Shown here: piece after piece, positions 1 through 8,878 of the stretch
How the letters are laid out: the number at the start of each line of letters is the position of its first letter
How positions within the stretch are numbered: the stretch's first letter is position 1
Assembly: GCA_022449845.1 (NCBI GenBank)
Contig: JAKUOE010000002.1
Coordinates: 1 to 42,729 of the forward strand
From: Candidatus Thalassarchaeum sp.
GTDB taxonomy: Archaea; Thermoplasmatota; Poseidoniia; Poseidoniales; Thalassarchaeaceae
Length of the DNA stretch: 42,729 nucleotides
Reading direction: 5' to 3'
Made by a program: the position numbers and the translations under genes
Notes under the pieces: model-generated
The model's database searches: none
Told to the model about the DNA's origin: nothing
What the model saw: the letters and a program-made list of their open reading frames with translations, nothing else

Positions 1-496
1 GTGCGAATTCTCCAGATCCACCCAGTGGACTAGCCAGTGCCGCCTCAATCCAATTTCCCACATTGTCGAGTGGTAAGTCGGATTCGCGTACACGGGCACC
101 CAATCCCCCCAAACGCGCCCCCAATTCCGTTTCAATGGAATGGAAACGGGACATGCGGATCTCAAGATGGTCGGCAGGGACCCATGCGTGGCCAATCATC
201 TCGAGAATGAATTCGACATTAGAATCAAGATATTCAAGGGCAATATTGCGAGCGTGAGGCACGTATTTGAAGGGATTATTGATGATTGTAATGCTCGGGC
301 CACCTGAGGCTCGACTCTCGTCAGCCAATCGTTCGACAATCTCAGGTGTTCCATCTGTCGAGCCTCCATCAAGGACGAGGATTTGATGCAGATGGGCTGG
401 ATATGTCTGTTCCATGAAACTGCGAAGGCAACGCTCGATATGGGCGGCCTCCTGCCATGTTGGGATGACTGTGGCGACCACTGAGGTGGGCTCCAT
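1..496 (-). CDS. Family 2 glycosyltransferase (GT2), N-terminal ~165 aa only; the 3' end lies beyond the window start
   Basis: Absent from the ORF track because no stop falls inside the window. My translation of the reverse strand from the ATG at 496..494 gives MEPTSVVATVIPTWQEAAHIERCLRSFMEQTYPAHLHQILVLDGGSTDGTPEIVERLADES... This is the canonical GT2 opening (V-x-IP-x-x-x-E, 'QTYP', 'hhhhDGGSTDGT'). The frame stays open to position 1. Confidence 0.75.
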   Translation of the reverse strand, partial: MEPTSVVATVIPTWQEAAHIERCLRSFMEQTYPAHLHQILVLDGGSTDGTPEIVERLADESRASGGPSITIINNPFKYVPHARNIALEYLDSNVEFILEMIGHAWVPADHLEIRMSRFHSIETELGARLGGLGARVRESDLPLDNVGNWIEAALASPLGGSGEFA

Positions 497-559
497 GAAT
501 CCCCACAGTATCCGGGTGGTGTCAAGGTTCCGTGCCCGAAAGCGAAAAAAAGTGGCTTT

Positions 560-1105
560 GTGCAAGATGGATTGTTCACCATGACGCTCGCGCCGCTCGT
601 CACCGTTTCTACGCGTGTGATGCCACATGAAATTGGAGACAAGTGTGTTGAAGCAGTGCAGATGATTTTTCCGGACTTCGTCGTTGAACAGGTGCCGACG
701 CAAAGTCCGTTCCCAGTCAAGCGGGAAGAGGTGGACCTCACGTGTGAAGGTGTAGCACCCGATCGTTTGCTTGAACTACTGGGTGAACAGCGTATCCTCG
801 ACACCGCGTTGGATGCAATGTCAGTGAATCTACAAGCGAATGCAACAAACTTCCTGATCTCTCGTCAGGCAGCCCTGTCCGGGAAGGTTGCATTCGTTCT
901 CGAGGCCGAGCGGACGATTGGAGGGGTCATCGAAGTGATGCTGGAATCTGAAGACCTGTCCGATTGGTTGCAAGAAGCCACATGGCATGCTGGAAGAATG
1001 GATGTCCCACGCTCAGTGGGAGATGAAGTGAGTATGAGAGCAGATGGAAGTGTGACAGAGTGGTTCGATAGCAAAGGTCGAGCGACCATCAACAAAGAGG
1101 ACTAG
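560..1105 (+). CDS. Conserved archaeal protein, UPF0201/COG1931-like (putative RNA-binding); family assignment tentative
   Basis: 181-aa ORF with a GTG start at 560; an ATG at 581 would give MTLAPLVTVSTRV... 'VSTRVMPHEIGDKCVEAVQMIFPDF' and 'FLISRQAALSGKVAFV' resemble the N-terminal 'pTEd..kV' and C-terminal 'KQAA..G' blocks I recall for the UPF0201/PF01877 family. Composition looks like real protein. Confidence 0.5.
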   Translation: MQDGLFTMTLAPLVTVSTRVMPHEIGDKCVEAVQMIFPDFVVEQVPTQSPFPVKREEVDLTCEGVAPDRLLELLGEQRILDTALDAMSVNLQANATNFLISRQAALSGKVAFVLEAERTIGGVIEVMLESEDLSDWLQEATWHAGRMDVPRSVGDEVSMRADGSVTEWFDSKGRATINKED

Positions 1106-1725
1106 ATTCGCTGAACAATTTGCGCGCAGAGTTCGATGAGAATCTCAGATTGATCCTCCATCGACACATACTCAAATGAGGGGATGTGAACGAAAATTGC
1201 AGGGATCTCTTTCTTCTCGGAATCCAAAGATTGTTGTCGAATTGCATGTAAAGTTCGATAATAGGTCTCATTGCAGACGAAATGGCCACAATCCTCACTG
1301 ATTTCAACGAATTGATTCCCCAAAAATGCCGCGGCAAGAGCAGCCCGAGGAGTGGTGGTCTGCAACAGATTAGGGCCGGAGGAAGAGATGAGGACATCCT
1401 GGAGTTGTCGCCCACTGTTGTCAGGGATCCGGAAATCACAAAGATTGGCTGCACACATTTCCAACCGTACTTTTTCAGCACGCTCGTTCAGACCGACATG
1501 AATGATGGCATCCACACCATCTAGATGCGTAAGGCTCAGACAGCTTCCAGCCTCATCAACCGAGAGAATACGACCTAAGAATGTCATTTCAACAGGTCCA
1601 GATTCCACACCGCGAGGAGAATGAATACACGTCGAATTCAGGTATTGTTCAACCAATTCTTGTGAGGGGTTGGTCTTGTGCTCGCCGAACGGTTCGAATC
1701 CCGTCAACCAGATTCGCGCGTTCAT
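1102..1725 (-). CDS. pcp: Pyroglutamyl-peptidase I (pyrrolidone-carboxylate peptidase, MEROPS C15)
   Basis: Has 'IWLTGFEPFGEHKTNPS' at the N-terminus, the Glu block 'VRLEMCAAN', the nucleophile block 'SEDCGHFVCNETYY' and the His block 'IFVHIPS', all in canonical order. I prefer the internal ATG at 1725 (MNARIWLTGFEPFG) to the track start at 1758. Confidence 0.85.
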   Translation of the reverse strand: MNARIWLTGFEPFGEHKTNPSQELVEQYLNSTCIHSPRGVESGPVEMTFLGRILSVDEAGSCLSLTHLDGVDAIIHVGLNERAEKVRLEMCAANLCDFRIPDNSGRQLQDVLISSSGPNLLQTTTPRAALAAAFLGNQFVEISEDCGHFVCNETYYRTLHAIRQQSLDSEKKEIPAIFVHIPSFEYVSMEDQSEILIELCAQIVQRI

Positions 1726-1787
1726 TGCTGCCGGACACCCGTTCTGTGGACATAGCAATTATGGATGGGGCGTGAGCCAACAAGGCC

Positions 1788-2339
1788 ATGGACGAGGATG
1801 AGTTAGAGCTTCAGGCCCAACGAGATAGTCTCGGACGTTTTGAAGATCAAACGGGACGTGATGGAGCGGATGGGAGTCTCATCCTCGCCGATGCACTCAC
1901 CTATGCAGCCGGTGCGACCGCATTCATCACAGCCGTTCTAGATGCGATGGACGAAGGGGGACTCTCACAGAGAACTGGGATTCTAATCGGGGCAGGGATT
2001 GGTCTGTGGCTTTGTTCACAATCTCTCAACAATTTCCGTCGACTGCTCCCTGTCTGGCTTCGTATTGTTTTGGGAATGCGCATTTTACCCGAGACCTTTG
2101 AGGAACAGAGTATGTTTGCAAGAAAGCGCAGAATGTGGACCATTGTCATCGCTGCAATCCTCACGGCTGTCATCGCCATTCAGTTCACGGCAGATGATAC
2201 GAGTGTCATCACTCGATCTGGGATTCCATTTCACTTTGTGTTATGGGGCATCGTGATGATGGATATTCTCGTAGCGATTCAATGGTATCGAGTGATTGGG
2301 CGATCGGACCAGATTTCTGAACGACCTGGTGGATGGTAA
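1788..2339 (+). CDS. Hypothetical integral membrane protein (about 4 TM segments)
   Basis: 183-aa ORF. An acidic N-terminus is followed by hydrophobic helices (ALTYAAGATAFITAVL, GILIGAGIGLWLC, WTIVIAAILTAVIAIQF, FHFVLWGIVMMDILVAIQW). No family recognised. Confidence 0.55.
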   Translation: MDEDELELQAQRDSLGRFEDQTGRDGADGSLILADALTYAAGATAFITAVLDAMDEGGLSQRTGILIGAGIGLWLCSQSLNNFRRLLPVWLRIVLGMRILPETFEEQSMFARKRRMWTIVIAAILTAVIAIQFTADDTSVITRSGIPFHFVLWGIVMMDILVAIQWYRVIGRSDQISERPGGW

Positions 2340-2393
2340 ACCAGGGGATGCAGGAAAAGCATAGGATTGAACAGGATGGACAAGTAGCGAGGG

Positions 2394-2786
2394 GTGAGCA
2401 AGATGGCGACGGATGACGGGGATGACTTGGTAGTCTCGCTTCCCACCAACAGTTCCAAATCGACTGGTTTGGGTCGTATTCGTGACACTCTGGGCGCCAT
2501 CCGACTGATTTGGACCGAATTAACGGCAGGTGTCGGGGCATGGGGGTCACTGAAACCGCTGATTGCTGGAGCGTTGGCCGCGGTCCCATTCTTGTTTCTC
2601 GGACAACACTTCAATCGCCAGCATCAGAAAGGGTTCGATTGGATGTTGTTGCAACTCCCCTTGGTACTGACGCTCATTCTATGGCCGGTCCTATGGCTGT
2701 GGTCGATTATCGATGCATATCGCGTCGCCATGATGGCAGTCTCTGATGCAGAGAATCATCGCCGAGTATTGGAACTGGTGAATTGA
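2394..2786 (+). CDS. Hypothetical small membrane protein (2-3 TM segments)
   Basis: 130-aa ORF with TM-like stretches (LIAGALAAVPFLFLG, LLQLPLVLTLILWPVLWLWSIIDAY). It lies 54 nt downstream of the preceding membrane-protein gene on the same strand. Confidence 0.55.
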   Translation: MSKMATDDGDDLVVSLPTNSSKSTGLGRIRDTLGAIRLIWTELTAGVGAWGSLKPLIAGALAAVPFLFLGQHFNRQHQKGFDWMLLQLPLVLTLILWPVLWLWSIIDAYRVAMMAVSDAENHRRVLELVN

Positions 2787-3266
2787 TTACCAATCATCTG
2801 GAATCTCCAATGGGGAGAACAGTTGTCCTGCCCCCTTCGAATCAGCCAATTGATTCCGTGCGAGATGTTCCCATTGGCGAAGTTGCATCAGGGCATCGGC
2901 CAGTGGCATTTCAGTGGCTGTAATCGCAGAGCGGAGAATGGTATCGAGGATATCCATTCTGTCATCGTCAAGGTTGTCGAGAACAGTGTTCAATGCAGGA
3001 CCTGTCTCTGTAGATGGAGTATTTTCTCCAAGTAGAGGCCATGGCTCAGTGAGAATCGCAGGCAATGTCTCTCCTTGCTCATCAGCCTGTGAAACAAGTG
3101 CTTCAGTCAGTTGTCGTGTATATTTTGAGAAGACCAAAGAGACTTCAATCAAAGGCATCGAATACTGACGCAGAAAATTGACGATCTGTTCTTGGAGAAA
3201 CACCATCTTCTCAGTGGAATCCGAATCTGAATCTGGAATGGGGATTCGGGGCAGGTCCTCGGACAT
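2787..3266 (-). CDS. Hypothetical acidic soluble protein (~159 aa), last gene of the giant-adhesin operon
   Basis: I use the internal ATG at 3266 (MSEDLPRIPIPDSDSDS...). It removes the overlap with the upstream gene and discards the Cys/Arg-rich track extension. It sits 17 nt downstream of the stop of the 1838-aa gene on the same strand. D/E-rich, with no TM segment. Confidence 0.55.
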   Translation of the reverse strand: MSEDLPRIPIPDSDSDSTEKMVFLQEQIVNFLRQYSMPLIEVSLVFSKYTRQLTEALVSQADEQGETLPAILTEPWPLLGENTPSTETGPALNTVLDNLDDDRMDILDTILRSAITATEMPLADALMQLRQWEHLARNQLADSKGAGQLFSPLEIPDDW

Positions 3267-3283
3267 GAGACACACATCCAAGG

Positions 3284-6200
3284 TCAGAGTTGACCACTGG
3301 CACGAGCGGCATCGATTTGCTCCTGAGTCCAACCACCCGCAAGCAGTTGCTCATCGGAAAATTTGTTCGAAATTACTGGATGATTGTGTCCACCTGTGGT
3401 ATATTCTTTGGCGGCGTGTTCCAACTCACTTTGACGAAGATATCCATTACCATCTGCATCATAATTGGTTGCAAAGGAAAGGAAGGTCGGCGGGTCGTGT
3501 ATCTCGTGCGCATTGACAATTCGAGAGAATACACTATCATTGAAGTCGAGTGGAACATTGACTTCAGTTGGAGATATTGCGGCTTCGGTCCCAAATGGGG
3601 GTGGTTGGGTATTGGGTCCAGGGGCATCCTCAAATCCAGGCGGTGGTGCAATGTTTGTCGGAGGTGGTGCATTTTCAAAACCGAGGGGTGGCGGAACAGA
3701 GCCCGATGCAATGTCGATGATTTCTGATTGCTCATGGAAATCGACCTCTTCATCGATTTGTGCTTGCTTTTCACGTCGATAAAGAACCAACATCGCTACA
3801 CCGAAACACAGAGAGGCGACGGCGATGATGTACAGAACAAACAGGCCCTTCGATTCATCGATTTGTTGGGATAGAGCCTCTCCATCTCGTGCGGTGTGTG
3901 GTTTGACCTCAAGCGGTTCGATTGTGATCCAATCGACATCGATATGACGATCTCGGGCGACCAGTTGGTATCTGTGTATCTGACTCTCCTCAACAACCTC
4001 GGTCGGCAACTCAAGAACGGTAGACCAGTTGGCCATCGAATCAACAGCAATCACGGATTCAACATCAGAAACCTCAATCCATTGATTATTGGGTAATTCT
4101 TCCATGAGTATGAATGTAATTTCACCGGCTTGGGTATTTTCATTCACACCCTGAATCGACAGTTGAGCAACTTCACCACCGACTGGAGAGGGGTTGAGCC
4201 AGGAGATGTCGGTATGTTCGGCTCGCAGATTGATGTCTGGTCCAACTCGAATCAATCGCCACTGGACAAGTGGTGTATGCTCAGTGTTATTCTCAGCCAG
4301 ATATGGATTAACCGCCTCATCAGAGCCTGTAATCCAGACATCGACAATGTAACCGGGTAGCAATTCAATCGAACCGGAATCAGTCAAATCCATGAGGCCA
4401 TCCCAACTCCAGTCTGATCCAATTGGAGTGCCGAATTGGAAGGGTTGGTTGCCTCGAGAAATCTCGCTGGTTCCCGCCCGAATTTTCCAATGAATTTCAG
4501 CAGGTCGATCGGGATTAAATCCGTGTTCGTCAGAGACGTGTAGGCTGACCGGCAAATCATCGGTATCGCTCAATCGAACATCGCCATCCGGTCCAATGGA
4601 GCGAATCTCGGGGGGCGTACCATCCACAACCAATTGAATTCGAGGTTGCTGTTCCGTTGTATCGTCAGCCAAACCGGGTAAATTCTCTAGTCCAGCATAC
4701 ATATCGAGTCCACCACTGCGTACGTTGGGGACGAGAATATCAAGCGTGAAATCGCCGCCTTCTCGAGGGACGGCGGACCAAGAGCGTTCCAAATCGCCAA
4801 CGACGATGTCGAAGGCACCTTCTGGGGCCGGAGTAGAATCCTCACTGAACAGGCTTCGACCTGCCACACGAACAACCTGACCGGCAGCGATCAATTCGGG
4901 GTTCTCTCCGGGACGATACAGGTTGCGACCTGTGGCTAAGTCGGTGGCCGTGAAGTGCCCGGTTACCATATCGAATCGCAAATCATTGTCGAGGCTCCAC
5001 TCATCATAACCTAGGCCACCCGAGTCCTCGTGACAAGGGACATCTGTGTTGAGGTCACAAGGCCAATCGATGACCTTGATGATTGGAACAAATGTAGTTA
5101 CACCGTTGGTGTCAAACTCCTCGGGGAACCACCAAGTTAGTTGGAAGCGGATGTCTAGATAGAGGATGCTATTATTGGTCGGTTCTGTAGAAGATGAACT
5201 GTAGAGATTGGATACAGCTACTGCAGTACTTCCAGATTCCAAATGCATCGTGTGTCCGTCCTCTGGCCGAGTGAAATTCGCCCATATCGAGGCGCGTTCA
5301 TCATCAAAATCCTCAATCAAGGAAATATGGACGGACTGAATGTCCTGCCAGCCATTCCCATCACCAATCAACAACCGAGCGATATACTCGGTGCCGGGAT
5401 GTAGGGGGGATTCGCCATCATGACCCAGTAGGGTAGAATTCACAGTTTCAATGACGGGTGCGAACTCTTCACGGATTGAATATGTCACAAGATCAGCGTC
5501 CCAATCGGGTGTGATTAATTGGCCAATACCACACGGCGTAGGGACGTCGGGGCAAACTGGACCACCGCCCCTAGCCAGAATGTTCTGTTGCTGATCCTCA
5601 CCACTGACATAGAATGAAACCTGCTCCCCATGTTCATTGGAACTGTCATCGATGATGCCACTGAACACATTGATGCCACCGGGGAGATGCTCGGGTGAGC
5701 GCAGAATCGAGGTGCGATATTCGTTGGCGTCGGGAACGAGATTGTAATTCAAATCATCTTGAGCCTCAACCCAGAAATGCAAGGTGATCTCAGTGGGTGG
5801 GTCGACGGAGTCCTCGATGATGATGCTGATTGGCTGTGTGCCTGCATGGACTTCGATTCCATCATCTGGTGTTGCATCCATCACCAAAGGACTGTTGCCA
5901 TCCAGAACGATGCGCATCGTGTTGAAATTGGGATTCACATAGTTGGAACCGTTCGGTAAAGAAACGGCTGACAATTGGAATAACATGCCTCCTTGACTGG
6001 ACTGGACTGGCGTTTGGAAGGTCATGTAATACTGCCCATACGCAGGATTCGCCTCAACGATGAAAGTCTCAGTTCCATCGCCCAACGGGAAGCCATCTTG
6101 AGTCAGATTTTGACCTGTTAATTTTAGATCGAATTGGCCCGCTTCAGGCGATAATGTCGTTCCTTCGAAGGCGATAGTGCCGCTAAATGTCAGATTGGTG

Positions 6201-8800
6201 CCGCCTCGCATCCAATCATAGGCTAAGAGTTCCCGACCCGATTCATCAACAGCCATCATGTCTAACAATTGAATGTCATTCTCAACGCGGAGATTCAAAT
6301 CCTCAGTCTCGTAATTGTTGACTGCAAGACCGAGGTCGTCTGTGACGCTGATGTATGCCTCTGTCGAGGATTCGTCATCCCATGCCCATTCAGATTGGAG
6401 GGGCATTCGGACACTGACAACATCGAGAGAATTGGTGACTGAAGTACAGTTTCCTGTGTCGAACCGCACGAAGTTGGAGGCATCAGCCATCTCTGTACAG
6501 GAGTCACCCACCTGCCAGCGTAGAACGGGATTTTCGCCGTGACTGGACTGAAGCGTGACATCGACTTGATGCAGGAGTGAAGCATCGTCACCGATGGCAA
6601 TTTGGGTCACGAGGACTCGATTGGTTCCATCGGGTACGAGCATGCCGCCATCCAAGGATGAATCAATCACACGTGTGAGATACCGGTAGGTGATGTCCAA
6701 ATCAGAGAGTTTGACACGACCTGGGCTGGCTGCACGAATCGTGAAGGTGATGTTGACAGAACCTTCTCCATTCTGCGGGATTTCATCGTTGAGGGCATCC
6801 ACGAGAGATTGGCCGGTGACAACAATGGGATCCTGTAGACCACCTGTTCCGGAATATTCGTCGGATCCGTCGTCACCGATATCAATGCGGACACCACTGG
6901 GATAACCTTCCTCAAAGTGCAAGGTCAGTTCGTCCATCGAAGGTGTAACAGAAGAGTCATTGGTATTCAGCGCAATCTTGTAAACCAGTTTGTTCCCAAC
7001 ACTCGTCCCCCAATCGATTTCCACATCGTTCTCAGCCAAGACCCAATTCTGTCCTTCATCATTGGAAACCCAAACTGCGGCGGTTGTTCCTGTTGGTTCG
7101 GTGGCTGTCCAAGCCGCTCGCATTTTCCCAACCTGAGTTCCCGTTAATAGGACAGGGGATTCCCATTCTCCCGCCGACTCATATTCGGAGGCATAGTCAA
7201 TGGAAACCCACCATGATATCGCGGTCGTACCAACCAACTGCACCTTCCATTTCAATTCGGTCCCAGGGTAATCGAAATGTACTGTTTCATTGTTGGTCAC
7301 TGAGACCCAATGTGTGCCTCCATCCGCACTAATCCAGTATTCGACACGGTCACCAGCAGCGCTGGTCGTCCATGAGACTTCCATATTGGCTGCAACGACT
7401 TCGTCGTCGACCCCCATGGTGTCACTCACCCATGTTGAAGTCCCCGGTTGAGCTGTGATCAGATAGGAAATTCCACTGCCGTACTCACGATAGCGCTGAC
7501 CTTGGGTCCACGAATAATGATCCAAAGTATTCAATCGCTGACCATCGTAATCGAGGCCATAGCCGTTGGCAGGAATCGAAGTGGAGCCCGTCTGTTTGGT
7601 GAGAACTGAACCTGCAGAACCAGTGATTGCGAAGCATTCCAAATTATCTGAGTTCCAAGTCTGATAGGTTCGGAACCAGAACAAATCGCCATGAACTGAC
7701 ATTCCACGGACTTGCCCACTCGACATGAAATAGGTGTAGAAATCTGTGCTGTTCCGTTCAAACCCACCTGCACCATCGAACTCATACTGAATAACAGATT
7801 TTCGAACACCGTGATTGACCCAGACGCTGTCACGGGTGCGGTCGTAAGAAATCGCCGTGTAGTCGCCGTATCCGCCACTGCTCACATCGTACGAAGAAAT
7901 GCACTTCCAAGCGAATGGATGACGGATGTCCCACTCGACAATACGATGGTACTGTACAGCATTCTGTCCCCGGTAGGCAGACAGGATACCAAAGGCACGT
8001 TCATCATCCGTGATGGCCCAATCTCGCCAGCCGTAGGCCTGCCATGTACTGGCCAATGATGGGACGGAGCAAGTGCCGATGTCGAGATCCGGGCGCAAAG
8101 GCTGATTGTTCGGACCCGTGGTCATCTGCGTTCCATTGTTCGAAAACAGGACCTTGATGGAGTTCTTCAGGACATTTGAATCCCAGGTGGATGCGAAAAT
8201 CATGTCCCTGTACACAAATGCAGCACTGTTGTATGTCGCCATGGGCCCTGAGGCCAGGTTGAGTTGGGAACTGAACCGAGTTTCACTGACATTGGTCGTG
8301 TGCGGCTGGCGAATGGAATAGGAGGTGTTGTCGTACCAAGCGTTGGTACTCGCTGGAGCAGAGTCAGAATCATGAGGCTGGAACCAATTTTGGCTATCCT
8401 TGAACGACAATGTCACAGATTCTCCACGTGTATCCATCGAAATGGGTGTTCCTTCAGTCCAATCTGCTCGACTGGTGTCGGTGAGGCTGTTCCACCCAGT
8501 CGCTGACGCACCGGAGATTGTCAATTCCGCACCCGTGACTTCCGCACCCCGAGGCATAGAAACCTGAATGTTACGAGCAGGTGTTCCTGATTGATACAGG
8601 GCGATGGCCTCGGATGAACCGTCTGAAAACGTGTACAGGTGGCGAGATCCACCGCTGGTTGATTCGACCACCTCGATGTCCAAATTCGGTTCTGTCGGTG
8701 ATTGAATAGCCGCCGCAAAGAGCGAAGAGAGGAAGATGGTGAGGAGTAAGAGACTCTTCAAAATGGGTGCTCGCGCAGTCATCACAAACCCGTCCCGCAT
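3284..8800 (-). CDS. Giant type-I membrane-anchored surface protein (1838 aa) with a cytoplasmic EF-hand tail
   Basis: Uninterrupted 5.5-kb ORF. Signal-peptide-like N-terminus (MTARAPILKSLLLLTIFLSSLFAAAIQ; the alternative start is the ATG at 8782). Two Asp-box/BNR-like motifs, SADGGTHW (7307..7330) and SNDEGQNW (7043..7066). Single TM LFVLYIIAVASLCFGVAMLVLY at 3779..3844, then a 164-aa tail with PPPxGFE repeats and an EF-hand loop. Confidence 0.85.
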   Translation of the reverse strand: MRDGFVMTARAPILKSLLLLTIFLSSLFAAAIQSPTEPNLDIEVVESTSGGSRHLYTFSDGSSEAIALYQSGTPARNIQVSMPRGAEVTGAELTISGASATGWNSLTDTSRADWTEGTPISMDTRGESVTLSFKDSQNWFQPHDSDSAPASTNAWYDNTSYSIRQPHTTNVSETRFSSQLNLASGPMATYNSAAFVYRDMIFASTWDSNVLKNSIKVLFSNNGTQMTTGPNNQPLRPDLDIGTCSVPSLASTWQAYGWRDWAITDDERAFGILSAYRGQNAVQYHRIVEWDIRHPFAWKCISSYDVSSGGYGDYTAISYDRTRDSVWVNHGVRKSVIQYEFDGAGGFERNSTDFYTYFMSSGQVRGMSVHGDLFWFRTYQTWNSDNLECFAITGSAGSVLTKQTGSTSIPANGYGLDYDGQRLNTLDHYSWTQGQRYREYGSGISYLITAQPGTSTWVSDTMGVDDEVVAANMEVSWTTSAAGDRVEYWISADGGTHWVSVTNNETVHFDYPGTELKWKVQLVGTTAISWWVSIDYASEYESAGEWESPVLLTGTQVGKMRAAWTATEPTGTTAAVWVSNDEGQNWVLAENDVEIDWGTSVGNKLVYKIALNTNDSSVTPSMDELTLHFEEGYPSGVRIDIGDDGSDEYSGTGGLQDPIVVTGQSLVDALNDEIPQNGEGSVNITFTIRAASPGRVKLSDLDITYRYLTRVIDSSLDGGMLVPDGTNRVLVTQIAIGDDASLLHQVDVTLQSSHGENPVLRWQVGDSCTEMADASNFVRFDTGNCTSVTNSLDVVSVRMPLQSEWAWDDESSTEAYISVTDDLGLAVNNYETEDLNLRVENDIQLLDMMAVDESGRELLAYDWMRGGTNLTFSGTIAFEGTTLSPEAGQFDLKLTGQNLTQDGFPLGDGTETFIVEANPAYGQYYMTFQTPVQSSQGGMLFQLSAVSLPNGSNYVNPNFNTMRIVLDGNSPLVMDATPDDGIEVHAGTQPISIIIEDSVDPPTEITLHFWVEAQDDLNYNLVPDANEYRTSILRSPEHLPGGINVFSGIIDDSSNEHGEQVSFYVSGEDQQQNILARGGGPVCPDVPTPCGIGQLITPDWDADLVTYSIREEFAPVIETVNSTLLGHDGESPLHPGTEYIARLLIGDGNGWQDIQSVHISLIEDFDDERASIWANFTRPEDGHTMHLESGSTAVAVSNLYSSSSTEPTNNSILYLDIRFQLTWWFPEEFDTNGVTTFVPIIKVIDWPCDLNTDVPCHEDSGGLGYDEWSLDNDLRFDMVTGHFTATDLATGRNLYRPGENPELIAAGQVVRVAGRSLFSEDSTPAPEGAFDIVVGDLERSWSAVPREGGDFTLDILVPNVRSGGLDMYAGLENLPGLADDTTEQQPRIQLVVDGTPPEIRSIGPDGDVRLSDTDDLPVSLHVSDEHGFNPDRPAEIHWKIRAGTSEISRGNQPFQFGTPIGSDWSWDGLMDLTDSGSIELLPGYIVDVWITGSDEAVNPYLAENNTEHTPLVQWRLIRVGPDINLRAEHTDISWLNPSPVGGEVAQLSIQGVNENTQAGEITFILMEELPNNQWIEVSDVESVIAVDSMANWSTVLELPTEVVEESQIHRYQLVARDRHIDVDWITIEPLEVKPHTARDGEALSQQIDESKGLFVLYIIAVASLCFGVAMLVLYRREKQAQIDEEVDFHEQSEIIDIASGSVPPPLGFENAPPPTNIAPPPGFEDAPGPNTQPPPFGTEAAISPTEVNVPLDFNDSVFSRIVNAHEIHDPPTFLSFATNYDADGNGYLRQSELEHAAKEYTTGGHNHPVISNKFSDEQLLAGGWTQEQIDAARASGQL
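3425..3460 (-). other. Canonical 12-residue EF-hand Ca-binding loop (DADGNGYLRQSE) in the cytoplasmic tail of the 1838-aa protein
   Basis: Reverse complement of 3425..3460 is gat gca gat ggt aat gga tat ctt cgt caa agt gag. D1, D3, N5, G6, hydrophobic 8 and E12 all match the EF-hand loop consensus. Confidence 0.7.
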
Positions 8801-8839
8801 CGTCAGGACGCTCGGTCTAACCTATCAAACTCTTCCCCT

Positions 8840-8869
8840 CGGGTCACGGCCCCTAAGGGGCCTGACCCG
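8840..8869 (-). promoter_or_regulatory. GC-rich intergenic stem-loop with core GCCCC-UUA-GGGGC, between the two giant adhesin genes
   Basis: On the plus strand, cgggtca-c-ggcccc-taa-ggggcc-tgacccg. That is a 6-bp GC stem with a 3-nt loop, extended by 7 more pairs across a 1-nt bulge. It lies 10 nt after the TGA of the 8879..14575 gene and about 40 nt before the ATG at 8800. Confidence 0.6.
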
Positions 8870-8878
8870 GGAGTGGTT

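Noticed and set aside
196-804. 202-aa minus-strand ORF spanning the GT2 / UPF0201-like gene junction
   Set aside because: Its translation is Ser/Arg/Cys/Thr-rich and low-complexity (MSRIRCSPSSSSKRSGATPSHVRSTSS...). It overlaps two ORFs with clear family signatures, GT2 in another minus frame and the 560..1105 plus-strand gene. It is a shadow ORF.
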